The translations under genes were made by a program, and so were the position numbers. This document shows positions 42,812-52,006 of a stretch of DNA of 64,000 bases, in pieces (within the stretch, counting starts at the first letter, position 1; every line of letters begins with the position of its first letter). This DNA comes from a bacterium (GTDB taxonomy: Bacteria > Bacillota_I > Bacilli_A > RFN20 > CAG-826), in contig CAVEPD010000003.1 of NCBI GenBank assembly GCA_963617535.1, forward strand, positions 28,225 to 92,224, in the 5' to 3' direction. The notes under the pieces were generated by a model, which was given only the letters and a program-made list of their open reading frames with translations, made no database searches and was not told where the DNA came from.

Positions 42812-43756
42812 ATGAAGTTCAAAAAAAGTGGCGAAGTGAGGGTGGTTTATATGGGCACCCCCGAGATCAGCGCGAGGGTCCTTTCCTCGATTCTAGAAGC
42901 CGGATTCAACGTCGTCGCGGTGGTGAGCAACGAAGACAAAGAGGTCGGCAGAAAACGCGAACTAGAGGCAACGCCTGTCAAAAAAGTCGCCCTAGATGCT
43001 GGAATTCCCGTCTTCCAGCCGCATAGGATTCGCCTAGATCATTCGTTCTTGGACAATCTCGAGTTCGACGTTTTGGTGACGATGGCCTATGGCCAGATCG
43101 TGCCCAAAGAGGTATTGGATGCGCCGAAGATCGGCGCCATCAACCTCCATGGCTCCTTGCTTCCCTCTTTGCGCGGAGCCGCGCCCATTCAGCGCGCCAT
43201 CATAAACGGGGACAAGGTCACGGGTGTCACTCTCATGAAGATGGTGGAAGCGATGGATGCGGGGGAGATGTATGACAAGGAGGAAGTCATTATCGACGCC
43301 GCCGACAACTACACGAGCTTAGCGAATAAGATCTCTGACTGCGCTTCTTCTCTCATCGTAAAAGACCTGTTGGCTTACGCTAACGGAGAGCTAAAAGGGG
43401 TGCCTCAAGACGAGAGCCAAGTGACGTATGCGAAAAAAATATTGCCAGAAGACGAAAGACTGCCGCTATCTTTGCCAGTCACTTCATTACTTTCTTATAT
43501 ACGCGGGCTTTCCGAAACTCCAGGCGGCTATTTCTTGCTTGAGGGCAAGAAACTAAAAGTCTATAAAGCCTCGCTTTCCACTCTTCCTCTAAACGGGAAG
43601 CTCGGGGAGATCGTGAAATGCGCCAAAGGGGTTTTCGTCCAGGCCAATGGGGGCATCCTCTCGCTTGATGAGGTGCAGCTTGAAGGCAAGAAGAAAATGG
43701 ACGGGAAAAGCTTCGCTAACGGCGCTAACGGTCTTTTAGGGAAGGTGCTTGAGTAA
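42812..43756 (+). CDS. fmt: methionyl-tRNA formyltransferase
   Basis: VVYMGTPEISARVL, INLHGSLLPSLRGAAPIQRAI (formyltransferase motif). GAGGAGGA SD. Confidence 0.92.
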   Translation: MKFKKSGEVRVVYMGTPEISARVLSSILEAGFNVVAVVSNEDKEVGRKRELEATPVKKVALDAGIPVFQPHRIRLDHSFLDNLEFDVLVTMAYGQIVPKEVLDAPKIGAINLHGSLLPSLRGAAPIQRAIINGDKVTGVTLMKMVEAMDAGEMYDKEEVIIDAADNYTSLANKISDCASSLIVKDLLAYANGELKGVPQDESQVTYAKKILPEDERLPLSLPVTSLLSYIRGLSETPGGYFLLEGKKLKVYKASLSTLPLNGKLGEIVKCAKGVFVQANGGILSLDEVQLEGKKKMDGKSFANGANGLLGKVLE

Positions 43757-46121
43757 CGTGGCTAAGCCCTATCTTTCCTTAAGCGTCCACCAGCTCGTCG
43801 ATTTTTTGCTGCGCACCGGCGACATCGATGACCGCATCTACAACCAAGAGACGATGCAGATGGGCACGAAGCTCCATGGGGCGCAGCAAGAGAAGCAGGG
43901 GAATTCCTACCTAAGCGAATATCCGCTTTCGGGAACTATCTCCCGCCCTCTTGGGGATCTTGCGCTCTCCGGGAGAGCAGATGGCATCATCGTCGGGGGA
44001 ATGTGCCCCATCATCGACGAGATCAAAACGACCGTCATCTCTTTGGAGGAATTCTATAAGCAGCAAAGCGAATGGCATAAAGGGCAGGCCCTTGTTTACG
44101 CCTACCTTTACCTTCAGAAAAACCCCGCCGATTCGGCGACGATCCAACTGACCTACATCTCCCAAGTCAAAACTGGCGACACCATGGTCAAGCACTTCCA
44201 TTACAAGAGGAAGGAAATCGAGGAGATCGTCGAGGGATATTGCGATGCTTATCTCGCCTTTTATCAACGCCAGTTCACCCATTGGAAGGAAAGGGACGAA
44301 TCGGCGAAGACCCTCGAATTTCCTTATCCCGATTTCAGGGAAGGGCAGAGGGAACTCGCAAAATATTGCTTCGGGATCGCCAAAAAAGGAGGCGTTCTCT
44401 TCGCTGAGGCGCCGACTGGGATAGGCAAGACCATGTCGACGCTTTTCCCTTTCGTAAAATCCTTCGACGAGAGGCGCGTCCAGAAGATTTTCTACTTCAC
44501 CGCGAAGAACACGGGCGCCCAAAGCGCTTTCGACGCGATAACCGACCTCAAGAAGAAGGGTTTAGTCGTGCGCGATTCAAACCTCCTCGCCAAGGAAAAG
44601 ATGTGCCTTTGCCCCGGGCATCGTTGCAACCCGGACGACTGCAAATTCGCCAAAGACTATTACACAAAGCTCAAAACCGTCATCGAGGCCTCCTTAGATA
44701 GTGGTGAGCGTTTCGACCAGGTCGCGATCTCCTATTGGTGCCGCCAGGCGGAGATCTGCCCTTTTGAGTTCCAGCTCGACCTCTCTTTGTTCAGCGACAT
44801 CGTGATCGGGGACTACAACTATTTCTTCGACCCCATCGTCCATCTGGAGCGATATTTCGACCCAAGCGTGGACCAGAGCAAGTTCTTGGTGCTCATCGAC
44901 GAGGCGCATAACCTCGTGGAAAGAGGCAGGATGATGTACGGGGCAACCCTTTCCACGCGCGCTTTGGGTTTCGCTAAAAAGGCCTTGAAGGGGAAGGAAG
45001 GTTACGCGACGAGCCTCCGCAAGGCGATCACCAAAGTCGAGAAAGCCTTCAAAGAATACGAAATCGAGGAAAAGGAAGAGCTGCTCGAAGAGGCTCCCGC
45101 TGGGATTGAGAAAGCCCTAGAAAGCTTAAAAACCGCCGAGCAAAAGGTGAGGAAAGAGAATTCGAAGGCTTTGGAGAAAATGAGGCTGCTGTCGGAATTT
45201 TCCCGCGAGGGGAACCGCTATCTCCGCCTTCTTAAAGACTTCCCAGACCCAAGCGACCGCTTCGCCATCTTGAAGAAAGGCGAAGAAGATTATGAGCTCA
45301 ATCTCTTTTGCTTGGACCCCTCGAAGTTCTTAAAGCAAAGCCTAGAAAGAGTCAGGGGGGCGGTCCTTTTCTCGGCCACCCTCACCCCAAGCGCCTATTT
45401 CACGAAGTCGATTTTGGGGAAAGAGGATTCGCCCTTCCTCCTTCTCCCTTCGCCTTTCCCGAAGGAGAACTTCAAGGTGATGCTCGCCCCGCGCGTCTCC
45501 GTGCGGTATCGCGACCGCGAGGCCTCCTATCCGAAAGTCGCCTCTTATTTGAAGAGCCTGGTCGCTTCGAAAGTAGGCAACTATTTCATCTATTTCCCAA
45601 GCTACGAATATCTTACGAAAATCCGTCCTTATCTGGATTTTCCCAATGCGAACATCTTGGTGCAGAGCCGCCGCATGAAAGAGGAGGAGAAGCTTGATTT
45701 CCTCTCTTCCTTTCTCCCGAGTCCGAAGATCACGACCGTCGGATTGCTGGTTTTAGGAGGCGCTTTCGGCGAGGGAATTGACCTCGTGAGCGACCGCCTT
45801 ATTGGCGTTGGGATCGTCGGGGTGGGCATGCCTCAGGTGGGCTTTGAGAACAACTTGCTCAAAGACTATTTCGAGGAGAAGGAGAAGCGAGGCTTCCTTT
45901 ACGCCTACCAAAACCCCGGGATCAGCAAGGTCCTGCAGGCTTTAGGCAGGGTCATACGAAGCGAAAAGGACGTCGGGGCGGCTCTTCTCATCGATGACCG
46001 TTACGGGTGGGGCCCCTATCACGACCTTCTGAAAAGGCGTTATCCCCAATGCGAGATCGTGAATGACGAGAAAGAAGTGAGCCTAGGCTTAGAAAGCTTC
46101 TACTCGAAGAAGGGCGAATAA
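43749..46121 (+). CDS. XPD/DinG-family (Rad3-like) Fe-S helicase with an N-terminal PD-(D/E)XK nuclease-like domain
   Basis: N-terminal GRADGII...IIDEIKT (D..ExK). Motif I AEAPTGIGKT, Cys cluster CLCPGHRCNPDDC...CPFE, DEAH box LIDEAHNL. Start is TTG 43749 or GTG 43758. Confidence 0.8.
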   Translation: MSNVAKPYLSLSVHQLVDFLLRTGDIDDRIYNQETMQMGTKLHGAQQEKQGNSYLSEYPLSGTISRPLGDLALSGRADGIIVGGMCPIIDEIKTTVISLEEFYKQQSEWHKGQALVYAYLYLQKNPADSATIQLTYISQVKTGDTMVKHFHYKRKEIEEIVEGYCDAYLAFYQRQFTHWKERDESAKTLEFPYPDFREGQRELAKYCFGIAKKGGVLFAEAPTGIGKTMSTLFPFVKSFDERRVQKIFYFTAKNTGAQSAFDAITDLKKKGLVVRDSNLLAKEKMCLCPGHRCNPDDCKFAKDYYTKLKTVIEASLDSGERFDQVAISYWCRQAEICPFEFQLDLSLFSDIVIGDYNYFFDPIVHLERYFDPSVDQSKFLVLIDEAHNLVERGRMMYGATLSTRALGFAKKALKGKEGYATSLRKAITKVEKAFKEYEIEEKEELLEEAPAGIEKALESLKTAEQKVRKENSKALEKMRLLSEFSREGNRYLRLLKDFPDPSDRFAILKKGEEDYELNLFCLDPSKFLKQSLERVRGAVLFSATLTPSAYFTKSILGKEDSPFLLLPSPFPKENFKVMLAPRVSVRYRDREASYPKVASYLKSLVASKVGNYFIYFPSYEYLTKIRPYLDFPNANILVQSRRMKEEEKLDFLSSFLPSPKITTVGLLVLGGAFGEGIDLVSDRLIGVGIVGVGMPQVGFENNLLKDYFEEKEKRGFLYAYQNPGISKVLQALGRVIRSEKDVGAALLIDDRYGWGPYHDLLKRRYPQCEIVNDEKEVSLGLESFYSKKGE

Positions 46122-46135
46122 GGTAAAATCTCCGC

Positions 46136-47953
46136 ATGCCATTCGATCAGAAACACATCCGCAACTTCTCCATCATCGCCCACATCGACCACGGCAAAAG
46201 CACCCTTGCCGACCGCATTCTTGAACTCACCGGCACCGTCGATAAGCGCGACATGAAGGAACAGCTCCTCGATTCGATGGACCTCGAGAGGGAAAGAGGC
46301 ATCACAATCAAGCTGAACGCGGTCACCGTGAAATATCGCGCCTCTAACGGCGAGGACTACATCTATAACCTCATCGACACCCCGGGGCACGTCGACTTTT
46401 CCTACGAAGTCTCGCGCAGCCTCGCGGCCTGCGAAGGAGCGCTTTTGGTGGTGGATGCCACCCAAGGCGTGCAGGCGCAGACTTTGGCGAACGTCTATCT
46501 CGCCGTCGATAACGATCTTGCTATCCTCCCGATCATCAACAAAGTCGATCTCCCTAGCGCGATGCCCGACATGGTAAAACGCGAGATCGAGGACAGGATC
46601 GGCATCGATTGCAGCGAGGCCTGTCTTATTTCGGCGAAAACCGGGATGGGGGTTGCCGAGGTCTTAGAGAAAATCGCAAAGGACGTCCCCGCGCCAAAAG
46701 GCGACGTGAATGCGCCTTTAGAGGCCCTCATCTTCGATTCTTACTATGACTCTTATCGCGGCGTGGTCGCGCTTATCTGCGTCAAAAACGGCTCGGTGAA
46801 AGTAGGGGACAACATCCGCCTCATGCAGGCGAACAAGGTTTATCAGGTGACGGAAGTAGGCATCCGCACGCCGAAAGAGATTCCCGCCAAGCAGCTTGAT
46901 TGCGGAGAGGTCGGCTATTTGACCGCGACCATCAAGGATATCCATGACGTCTTCCCGGGCGAAACCATCACCTTGGAAAGCAATCCCGCCGCGAAGCCTC
47001 TCCCTGGTTATCGCAGGATCAACCCGATGGTCTATTGCGGGCTCTATCCCGTCGACAGCAAGGATTACCCTAACCTCAAAGACGCGCTGGAGAAGCTCTC
47101 TTTGAATGACGCCTCCTTGGTTTTCGAGCCGGAAACCAGCCAAGCCCTAGGCTTTGGCTTCCGCTGCGGATTCCTCGGCCTCCTTCATATGGATGTCGTC
47201 CAGGAACGTCTTGAAAGGGAGTATAACCTCAACCTGATTCTCACGGCGCCGTCGGTCATTTACCGCATTCAGATGACGGATGGCAAAGTCCTTGAGATCG
47301 ATAACCCGAGCGAGATGCCTGATCCTAGCAAGATCAAAGAGATCGACGAGCCTTTCGTCTCCGCTTCCATCATGGCCCCGAAGGATTACGTCGGCCCGAT
47401 CATGGAATTATGCCAAGGGAAGAGGGGCGTCTACGTCGACCTTGAGTATTTCGACGAGACGAGGGTCATCGTGAAATACGATCTCCCGCTTTCTGAGATC
47501 ATCTATTCCTTCTTCGATAAACTCAAATCCTACACGAAGGGCTACGCCTCCTTAGATTACGAGTTCAAGGAATACCGTAAGAGCGACCTAGCGAAGATGG
47601 ACATCCTCCTGAATGGCGACGTCATCGACGCGCTTAGCTCAATCGTCTATCGGCCTGACGCCTATAAGAGGGGCCTTGCTTTGGTAAGCCGCCTCAAAGA
47701 AATCATCCCCCGGCAGCAGTTTGAGGTTCCAGTTCAAGCGGCGATCTCGGGCAAGGTGATCGCAAGGGCCGACATCAAGAGCATGCGCAAGGACGTTTTG
47801 GCGAAATGCTATGGCGGGGACATCTCGCGTAAGAAGAAGCTTTTGGAAAAGCAGAAGGAGGGGAAGAAACGCATGAAAGCCATCGGCTCCGTCGAAGTCC
47901 CCCAGGAAGCCTTCATGTCCGTGCTTTCCATCGACGATGACGTGAAGAAATAG
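46136..47953 (+). CDS. lepA: translation elongation factor 4 (LepA)
   Basis: [21 protein letters not shown]1 motif, [12 protein letters not shown], and a conserved LepA C-terminus. 605 aa. Confidence 0.95.
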   Translation: MPFDQKHIRNFSIIAHIDHGKSTLADRILELTGTVDKRDMKEQLLDSMDLERERGITIKLNAVTVKYRASNGEDYIYNLIDTPGHVDFSYEVSRSLAACEGALLVVDATQGVQAQTLANVYLAVDNDLAILPIINKVDLPSAMPDMVKREIEDRIGIDCSEACLISAKTGMGVAEVLEKIAKDVPAPKGDVNAPLEALIFDSYYDSYRGVVALICVKNGSVKVGDNIRLMQANKVYQVTEVGIRTPKEIPAKQLDCGEVGYLTATIKDIHDVFPGETITLESNPAAKPLPGYRRINPMVYCGLYPVDSKDYPNLKDALEKLSLNDASLVFEPETSQALGFGFRCGFLGLLHMDVVQERLEREYNLNLILTAPSVIYRIQMTDGKVLEIDNPSEMPDPSKIKEIDEPFVSASIMAPKDYVGPIMELCQGKRGVYVDLEYFDETRVIVKYDLPLSEIIYSFFDKLKSYTKGYASLDYEFKEYRKSDLAKMDILLNGDVIDALSSIVYRPDAYKRGLALVSRLKEIIPRQQFEVPVQAAISGKVIARADIKSMRKDVLAKCYGGDISRKKKLLEKQKEGKKRMKAIGSVEVPQEAFMSVLSIDDDVKK

Positions 47954-48028
47954 GTTTTCGAACTGCAAAATTAGTAGTTTTTTGGTTTTTTCTTTCTTCT
48001 TTGTTTTATAATCAGTCGAAGCAAATCT

Positions 48029-49462
48029 ATGGCGAACAAGCACCTCTACAAATACACGGACGAGAACTACCTCACCCGTTCCGAGCTCCGCGTGGCGATG
48101 CGGAGCAGTCTCATCAACGATTTCTATCGTGAAATCCTTGAATATCGCAAGGCCAACGCGGAGAAAACGCCGCTTTTAGGGACTAACCGAGCGATCCTTT
48201 CCCTCACCAAAACCGAGGCCACAAGGGCCAAACTCGATTTCTTTGAGACGCGCCTAACCGGCTATTCAAATGCCTTGACGGATCTTTCTTTGAATCCCTC
48301 CGCGGAGAAGAGCTTTGATAAAGAAAGCCTCCTCTTAATCTTGATGGATGCCGCAAAGCTCATCTCCTGCCCCCTTTCTGAGCTCACCGCGAAGGCGATG
48401 CTCAATGGTTTCTTCAAACCGGGGGAGAATGAGAAAGAAGCCTTGCTCTATCGCTTTTACCTGAATCTCAAGAAAAAAGCCCCGTCTCCTAGCGAGGATA
48501 GCCTCGGCGAGCTGCGCTTCGCTTTGCTTGGGCACGACGAGGTCTCTTCTTTCTACCGCACGAGCGACTTCCACACCATCTACACGACCCAGATCGTCGA
48601 CAGAAACTATAACTACGCCCCGTGTGGGGAGATCGAGGGAATGATGGAAAGCCTTTTCTCTTTCCTTTCCTCTTCCTCTTACCCCGTTGGCATGAAGGCT
48701 GTCCTCAGCCTTTATTACATCTATTTCGTGAAGCCCTTCGAGGAGAATAACGAGCTCATCGCGACTTCTTTCGCTAGGGAAATCCTTTCTTCTAATGGGA
48801 TTAGCGGGGCCGCCTATTTGCCTTTTGAGGCTTTGCTTCAAAATAGCGATAAGCTCAAAGACGTGCTTTTGGAAAGCCAGAAGGAGAACGACCTCACTTA
48901 CTTCGCTTTCTATTGCTTCGATCGGCTTAGCGTCTACTTTGATAAGGTCCTCTCGCGAATCTCTGAGCTAAAAGCGGAGACGGTGACGAAAGAATTCGTC
49001 GAGATCCCAAAGGAAGAGAAAGAGGAGGCGAGCGAAGAAATCGCCGAGACAGCCCCTGTTCTCGAGACGAAAGAAGAGGAGATCCCCCCTTCGCCGCCTG
49101 AAAAAGCGCCTTCGAAAGTCCCCTTGCTAAGCGATGAGGAGCGGAAAGCCTTCCTAGAAAGCAAAGGGAAGAGCGCGGTGACCTCGCCTGGCTCCTCGCT
49201 TAGCGACAAGGAAGTGAAGGAGACCGCGAAGTATCTTCTGGAGACCAATCCCTTATTGAGGAAAAAGCAGGCCCTCTTCTACGCTTCCCATTGCACGATC
49301 GGGCGCTTCTACACGATCCAGGATTTCAAGAAAGCCGCCCGCTGCGCCTATGAGACCGCCCGCACATCGATGGATGGGCTCGCGGAACTTGGCTTCTATG
49401 AGAAGAAGCAAATCAAAAACAAATTCGTCTACACGCCCATCAAACAAGGAGAGACAAAATGA
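48029..49462 (+). CDS. hypothetical protein: degenerate Fic-like core + Glu/Pro/Lys-rich linker + C-terminal winged-helix
   Basis: YYIYFVKPFEENNELIATSFAREIL (48731-48757) aligns to the Fic HPFxxGNGR motif but lacks the His and GNGR. The C-terminal FYTIQDFKKAARCAYETARTSMDGLAELGFYEK looks like a wHTH. Confidence 0.5.
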   Translation: MANKHLYKYTDENYLTRSELRVAMRSSLINDFYREILEYRKANAEKTPLLGTNRAILSLTKTEATRAKLDFFETRLTGYSNALTDLSLNPSAEKSFDKESLLLILMDAAKLISCPLSELTAKAMLNGFFKPGENEKEALLYRFYLNLKKKAPSPSEDSLGELRFALLGHDEVSSFYRTSDFHTIYTTQIVDRNYNYAPCGEIEGMMESLFSFLSSSSYPVGMKAVLSLYYIYFVKPFEENNELIATSFAREILSSNGISGAAYLPFEALLQNSDKLKDVLLESQKENDLTYFAFYCFDRLSVYFDKVLSRISELKAETVTKEFVEIPKEEKEEASEEIAETAPVLETKEEEIPPSPPEKAPSKVPLLSDEERKAFLESKGKSAVTSPGSSLSDKEVKETAKYLLETNPLLRKKQALFYASHCTIGRFYTIQDFKKAARCAYETARTSMDGLAELGFYEKKQIKNKFVYTPIKQGETK

Positions 49463-49734
49463 AATTCAACCTACCCGCACTCGATTCGGTCGCGCCCATC
49501 ATCGTGATCGTCGTCCTCGTGGCCTTCTTCGGCCTCGTGATCCTTTTGGTCATCTTGCTCAAAAAGCACGTGCCGGGGCTTAAAAACGAGGAAAAGCCCA
49601 AGTCCGACAAGGAGATCGCCAAAGAGGAGCTCGACCGCCTTTTGGAGACCGTCGACGAGCCTCTTCAGGAAAAGACGGAAGAAGAGAAGCCTAGCGAAGA
49701 GAAACCTAGCGAAGACAAGCCCGAGGAAAAATGA
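49459..49734 (+). CDS. small single-pass membrane protein with an acidic EKPSE-repeat tail
   Basis: 91 aa with TM segment VAPIIVIVVLVAFFGLVILLVILL. ATGA overlap with the upstream gene. Confidence 0.55.
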   Translation: MKFNLPALDSVAPIIVIVVLVAFFGLVILLVILLKKHVPGLKNEEKPKSDKEIAKEELDRLLETVDEPLQEKTEEEKPSEEKPSEDKPEEK

Positions 49735-50814
49735 GTGGCGTCCTCCCTTTACGTCCATATCCCTTTTTGTCATAGCATCTGCGCCTATTGCGACTTCCCG
49801 AAAGTCCTTTACCGAAACGATTGGGCGGAACGATATGTGTCCGCCCTTTTTGCTGAGCTCGATTCTTATTCGATAAGGAAAGTGAAAACCATCTACGTGG
49901 GAGGAGGCACCCCGAGCGCCCTGCCGCCTATTTTGCTGAAGAAGCTATTGGAGAAGCTTTCTCCGTTACTAGAAGAAGGAGGGGAATTCTCTTTCGAGGC
50001 GAATCCAGAGAGCCTTAATGAGGAGAAGATTGCCTTGCTTGCCTCTAACAAAGTGAACCGGGTGAGCCTTGGGGTGGAGTCCTCTTTGGGAAAATATCTT
50101 TCCCTCATGGGAAGGAAGCACAGCTTCGAAGATGCGAAAAACGTCGTCTGCGCCTTAAGAAAACATGGGATCAGCAACATCAACGTCGACTGGATTTACG
50201 CTCTCCCGGGCGAAAGCTTGGAAGATCTTAAAAAAGAAGCGGAGGCCTTCCTTTCTTTGGAAGTCCCCCATATTTCCGCGTATACCTTGATCTTAGAGGA
50301 CGGGACGCTTTTTAAGGCGGAAGGAAAAAAAGAGGCAAGCGAAGACGAGCAGGGGGAACAATACGAGGAAGTGCTCTCCTGCCTAAGGGAAGCGGGATAC
50401 CGTCGTTACGAGGTCAGCAACTTCGCTTTGCCTGGACGTGAATGTCAGCATAACCTCACTTATTGGAAAGATGAGGAATATTATGGAATCGGCCTAGGGG
50501 CCAGCGGATTCCTTAATGGCGTGCGTTACACGAACACCCGTTCCTTATCCTTATATATAGAGGGAAAAGGATTAAGGGAAAGCGAAGAGAGAAGCGGGGA
50601 AGAGGAATTCCTCCTTTCGAATCTCCGCTTGGAGGAGGGCTTTGCCCTTTCTTCCTTCGAAAGGAAGTTCCATAAGGATTTCCGCCTCGCCTATCAAAAG
50701 CCTCTGTCAAAAATGGAAAAAGAAGGGCTGCTCCAAGAAAAAGAAGCTCGGATCATCCCTTCTGACCGCGGCCTAGAATGCCTTGATTACGTGCTTTTGG
50801 CCTTATTCTCCTGA
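49735..50814 (+). CDS. hemW: radical SAM heme chaperone HemW (HemN-like)
   Basis: YVHIPFCHSICAYCDF CxxxCxxC motif. lepA-hemW-hrcA synteny. GTG start immediately after the upstream stop. Confidence 0.88.
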   Translation: MASSLYVHIPFCHSICAYCDFPKVLYRNDWAERYVSALFAELDSYSIRKVKTIYVGGGTPSALPPILLKKLLEKLSPLLEEGGEFSFEANPESLNEEKIALLASNKVNRVSLGVESSLGKYLSLMGRKHSFEDAKNVVCALRKHGISNINVDWIYALPGESLEDLKKEAEAFLSLEVPHISAYTLILEDGTLFKAEGKKEASEDEQGEQYEEVLSCLREAGYRRYEVSNFALPGRECQHNLTYWKDEEYYGIGLGASGFLNGVRYTNTRSLSLYIEGKGLRESEERSGEEEFLLSNLRLEEGFALSSFERKFHKDFRLAYQKPLSKMEKEGLLQEKEARIIPSDRGLECLDYVLLALFS

Positions 50815-50826
50815 GTTTTAAGAAAA

Positions 50827-50853
50827 TTAGCACTTCTTCCTTGACAGTGCTAA
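50827..50853. promoter_or_regulatory. CIRCE operator (HrcA binding site) copy 1
   Basis: TTAGCACTT-N9-CAGTGCTAA, compared with the consensus TTAGCACTC-N9-GAGTGCTAA. Confidence 0.9.
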
Positions 50854-50868
50854 AACCTTTCCTATAAT
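50841..50868 (+). promoter_or_regulatory. sigma-A type promoter of the hrcA-grpE-dnaK-dnaJ operon
   Basis: TTGACA (50841-46), 16-nt spacer, TATAAT (50863-68). The -35 lies inside CIRCE copy 1. Confidence 0.8.
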
Positions 50869-50872
50869 GTCC

Positions 50873-50899
50873 CTAGCACTCATAGAAAGAGACTGCTAG
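50873..50899. promoter_or_regulatory. CIRCE operator copy 2 (slightly degenerate)
   Basis: CTAGCACTC-N9-GACTGCTAG, located between the -10 box and the hrcA start. Confidence 0.8.
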
Positions 50900-50911
50900 A
50901 AAGGACGACCT

Positions 50912-52006
50912 ATGACGCGCAGCGAGCAAATTCTAAAACTGATCGTCGAACACTTCATCCGCACGGCTGAGCCCGTCGGGAGCAAAACGCTTCTAGAGAC
51001 CTATCATCTCGACGTGAGCTCCGCGACCATCCGCAGCGAGATGAACGCCCTAGAGAAGGATGGCTTCCTCGAGAAGACCCACACCTCCTCGGGCAGGGTG
51101 CCTTCCAGCAAAGGCTATGAGTACTATGTGGAGCATCTGCGCGAAGAGCGGGTGGATTCCACGGTGAAATACGCCATCCAGTCGGTCCTCGACAAGAAGG
51201 CGCAGTCGGTGGAGGAAGTCATCTCGCGCTCCTGCGAGATCCTCTCCAACATGACCAATCTCGCCGTGGGGGTCCTCGGGCCTAAAGTCAATCACGAGAA
51301 GCTCGTCTCGATTCAGCTCATCCCCATCGGGCCGAATACCGCGACCGCGGTCTTCGTGACCGACGCCGGGTACGTCGAGAACAAGACCTTCGTGATCGAT
51401 GGCTCGATCTCGCCTGAGGACGTGAAGAAAACGGTGGAGCTGCTCAATCAGCGCCTCGTCGGCACGCCCGTGAGCGAACTTGTCACCAAGATGGAGGCCA
51501 TGAAGCCCGCCGTCACCGACTACATGGTCGGGCAGGACGTCATTTATCAGGCCTTGCTTCAAGCCTTCGTCCAGTTCGCCGGCGAAAGGGTGAGCCTATA
51601 CGGCAAGGAGAACCTCCTCGATCACCCCGAATTCGCCGAGGACGCGAAGAAGCTCAAGAAAATCCTCAAACTCCTCGATAACCCCGAGGCCATGCGCCAG
51701 GCGGTGAGCGGGGATGGGGAGGGAGCCAAAGTCAACTTCGGCTCCGGCCAAGAGGGACTAGAAGACGTCGCGGTCATCACCGCCGATATCCAGATCCCTG
51801 GCCAGGAGAAGACCTCGATCAGCCTGCTTGGCCCCACGCGAATGGATTATGAGAAGATCATGTCCACCCTAAACTATGTCACCCAATCCCTCGACGACTA
51901 CTTCGCCGAGAAGAGCGGGAAGAAAGGAGAGAAAACATGCCCGAAGAAAAGCAAGAGCAGCCCCAAAACGGAGCCAGCCAAACCGAGCAAGAAGAAAACA
52001 AAGTAA
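50912..52006 (+). CDS. hrcA: heat-inducible transcription repressor HrcA with a Lys-rich C-terminal extension
   Basis: Start MTRSEQILKLIVEHFIRTAEPVGSKTL (wHTH). 364 aa. The last 70 nt overlap grpE. Confidence 0.93.
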   Translation: MTRSEQILKLIVEHFIRTAEPVGSKTLLETYHLDVSSATIRSEMNALEKDGFLEKTHTSSGRVPSSKGYEYYVEHLREERVDSTVKYAIQSVLDKKAQSVEEVISRSCEILSNMTNLAVGVLGPKVNHEKLVSIQLIPIGPNTATAVFVTDAGYVENKTFVIDGSISPEDVKKTVELLNQRLVGTPVSELVTKMEAMKPAVTDYMVGQDVIYQALLQAFVQFAGERVSLYGKENLLDHPEFAEDAKKLKKILKLLDNPEAMRQAVSGDGEGAKVNFGSGQEGLEDVAVITADIQIPGQEKTSISLLGPTRMDYEKIMSTLNYVTQSLDDYFAEKSGKKGEKTCPKKSKSSPKTEPAKPSKKKTK

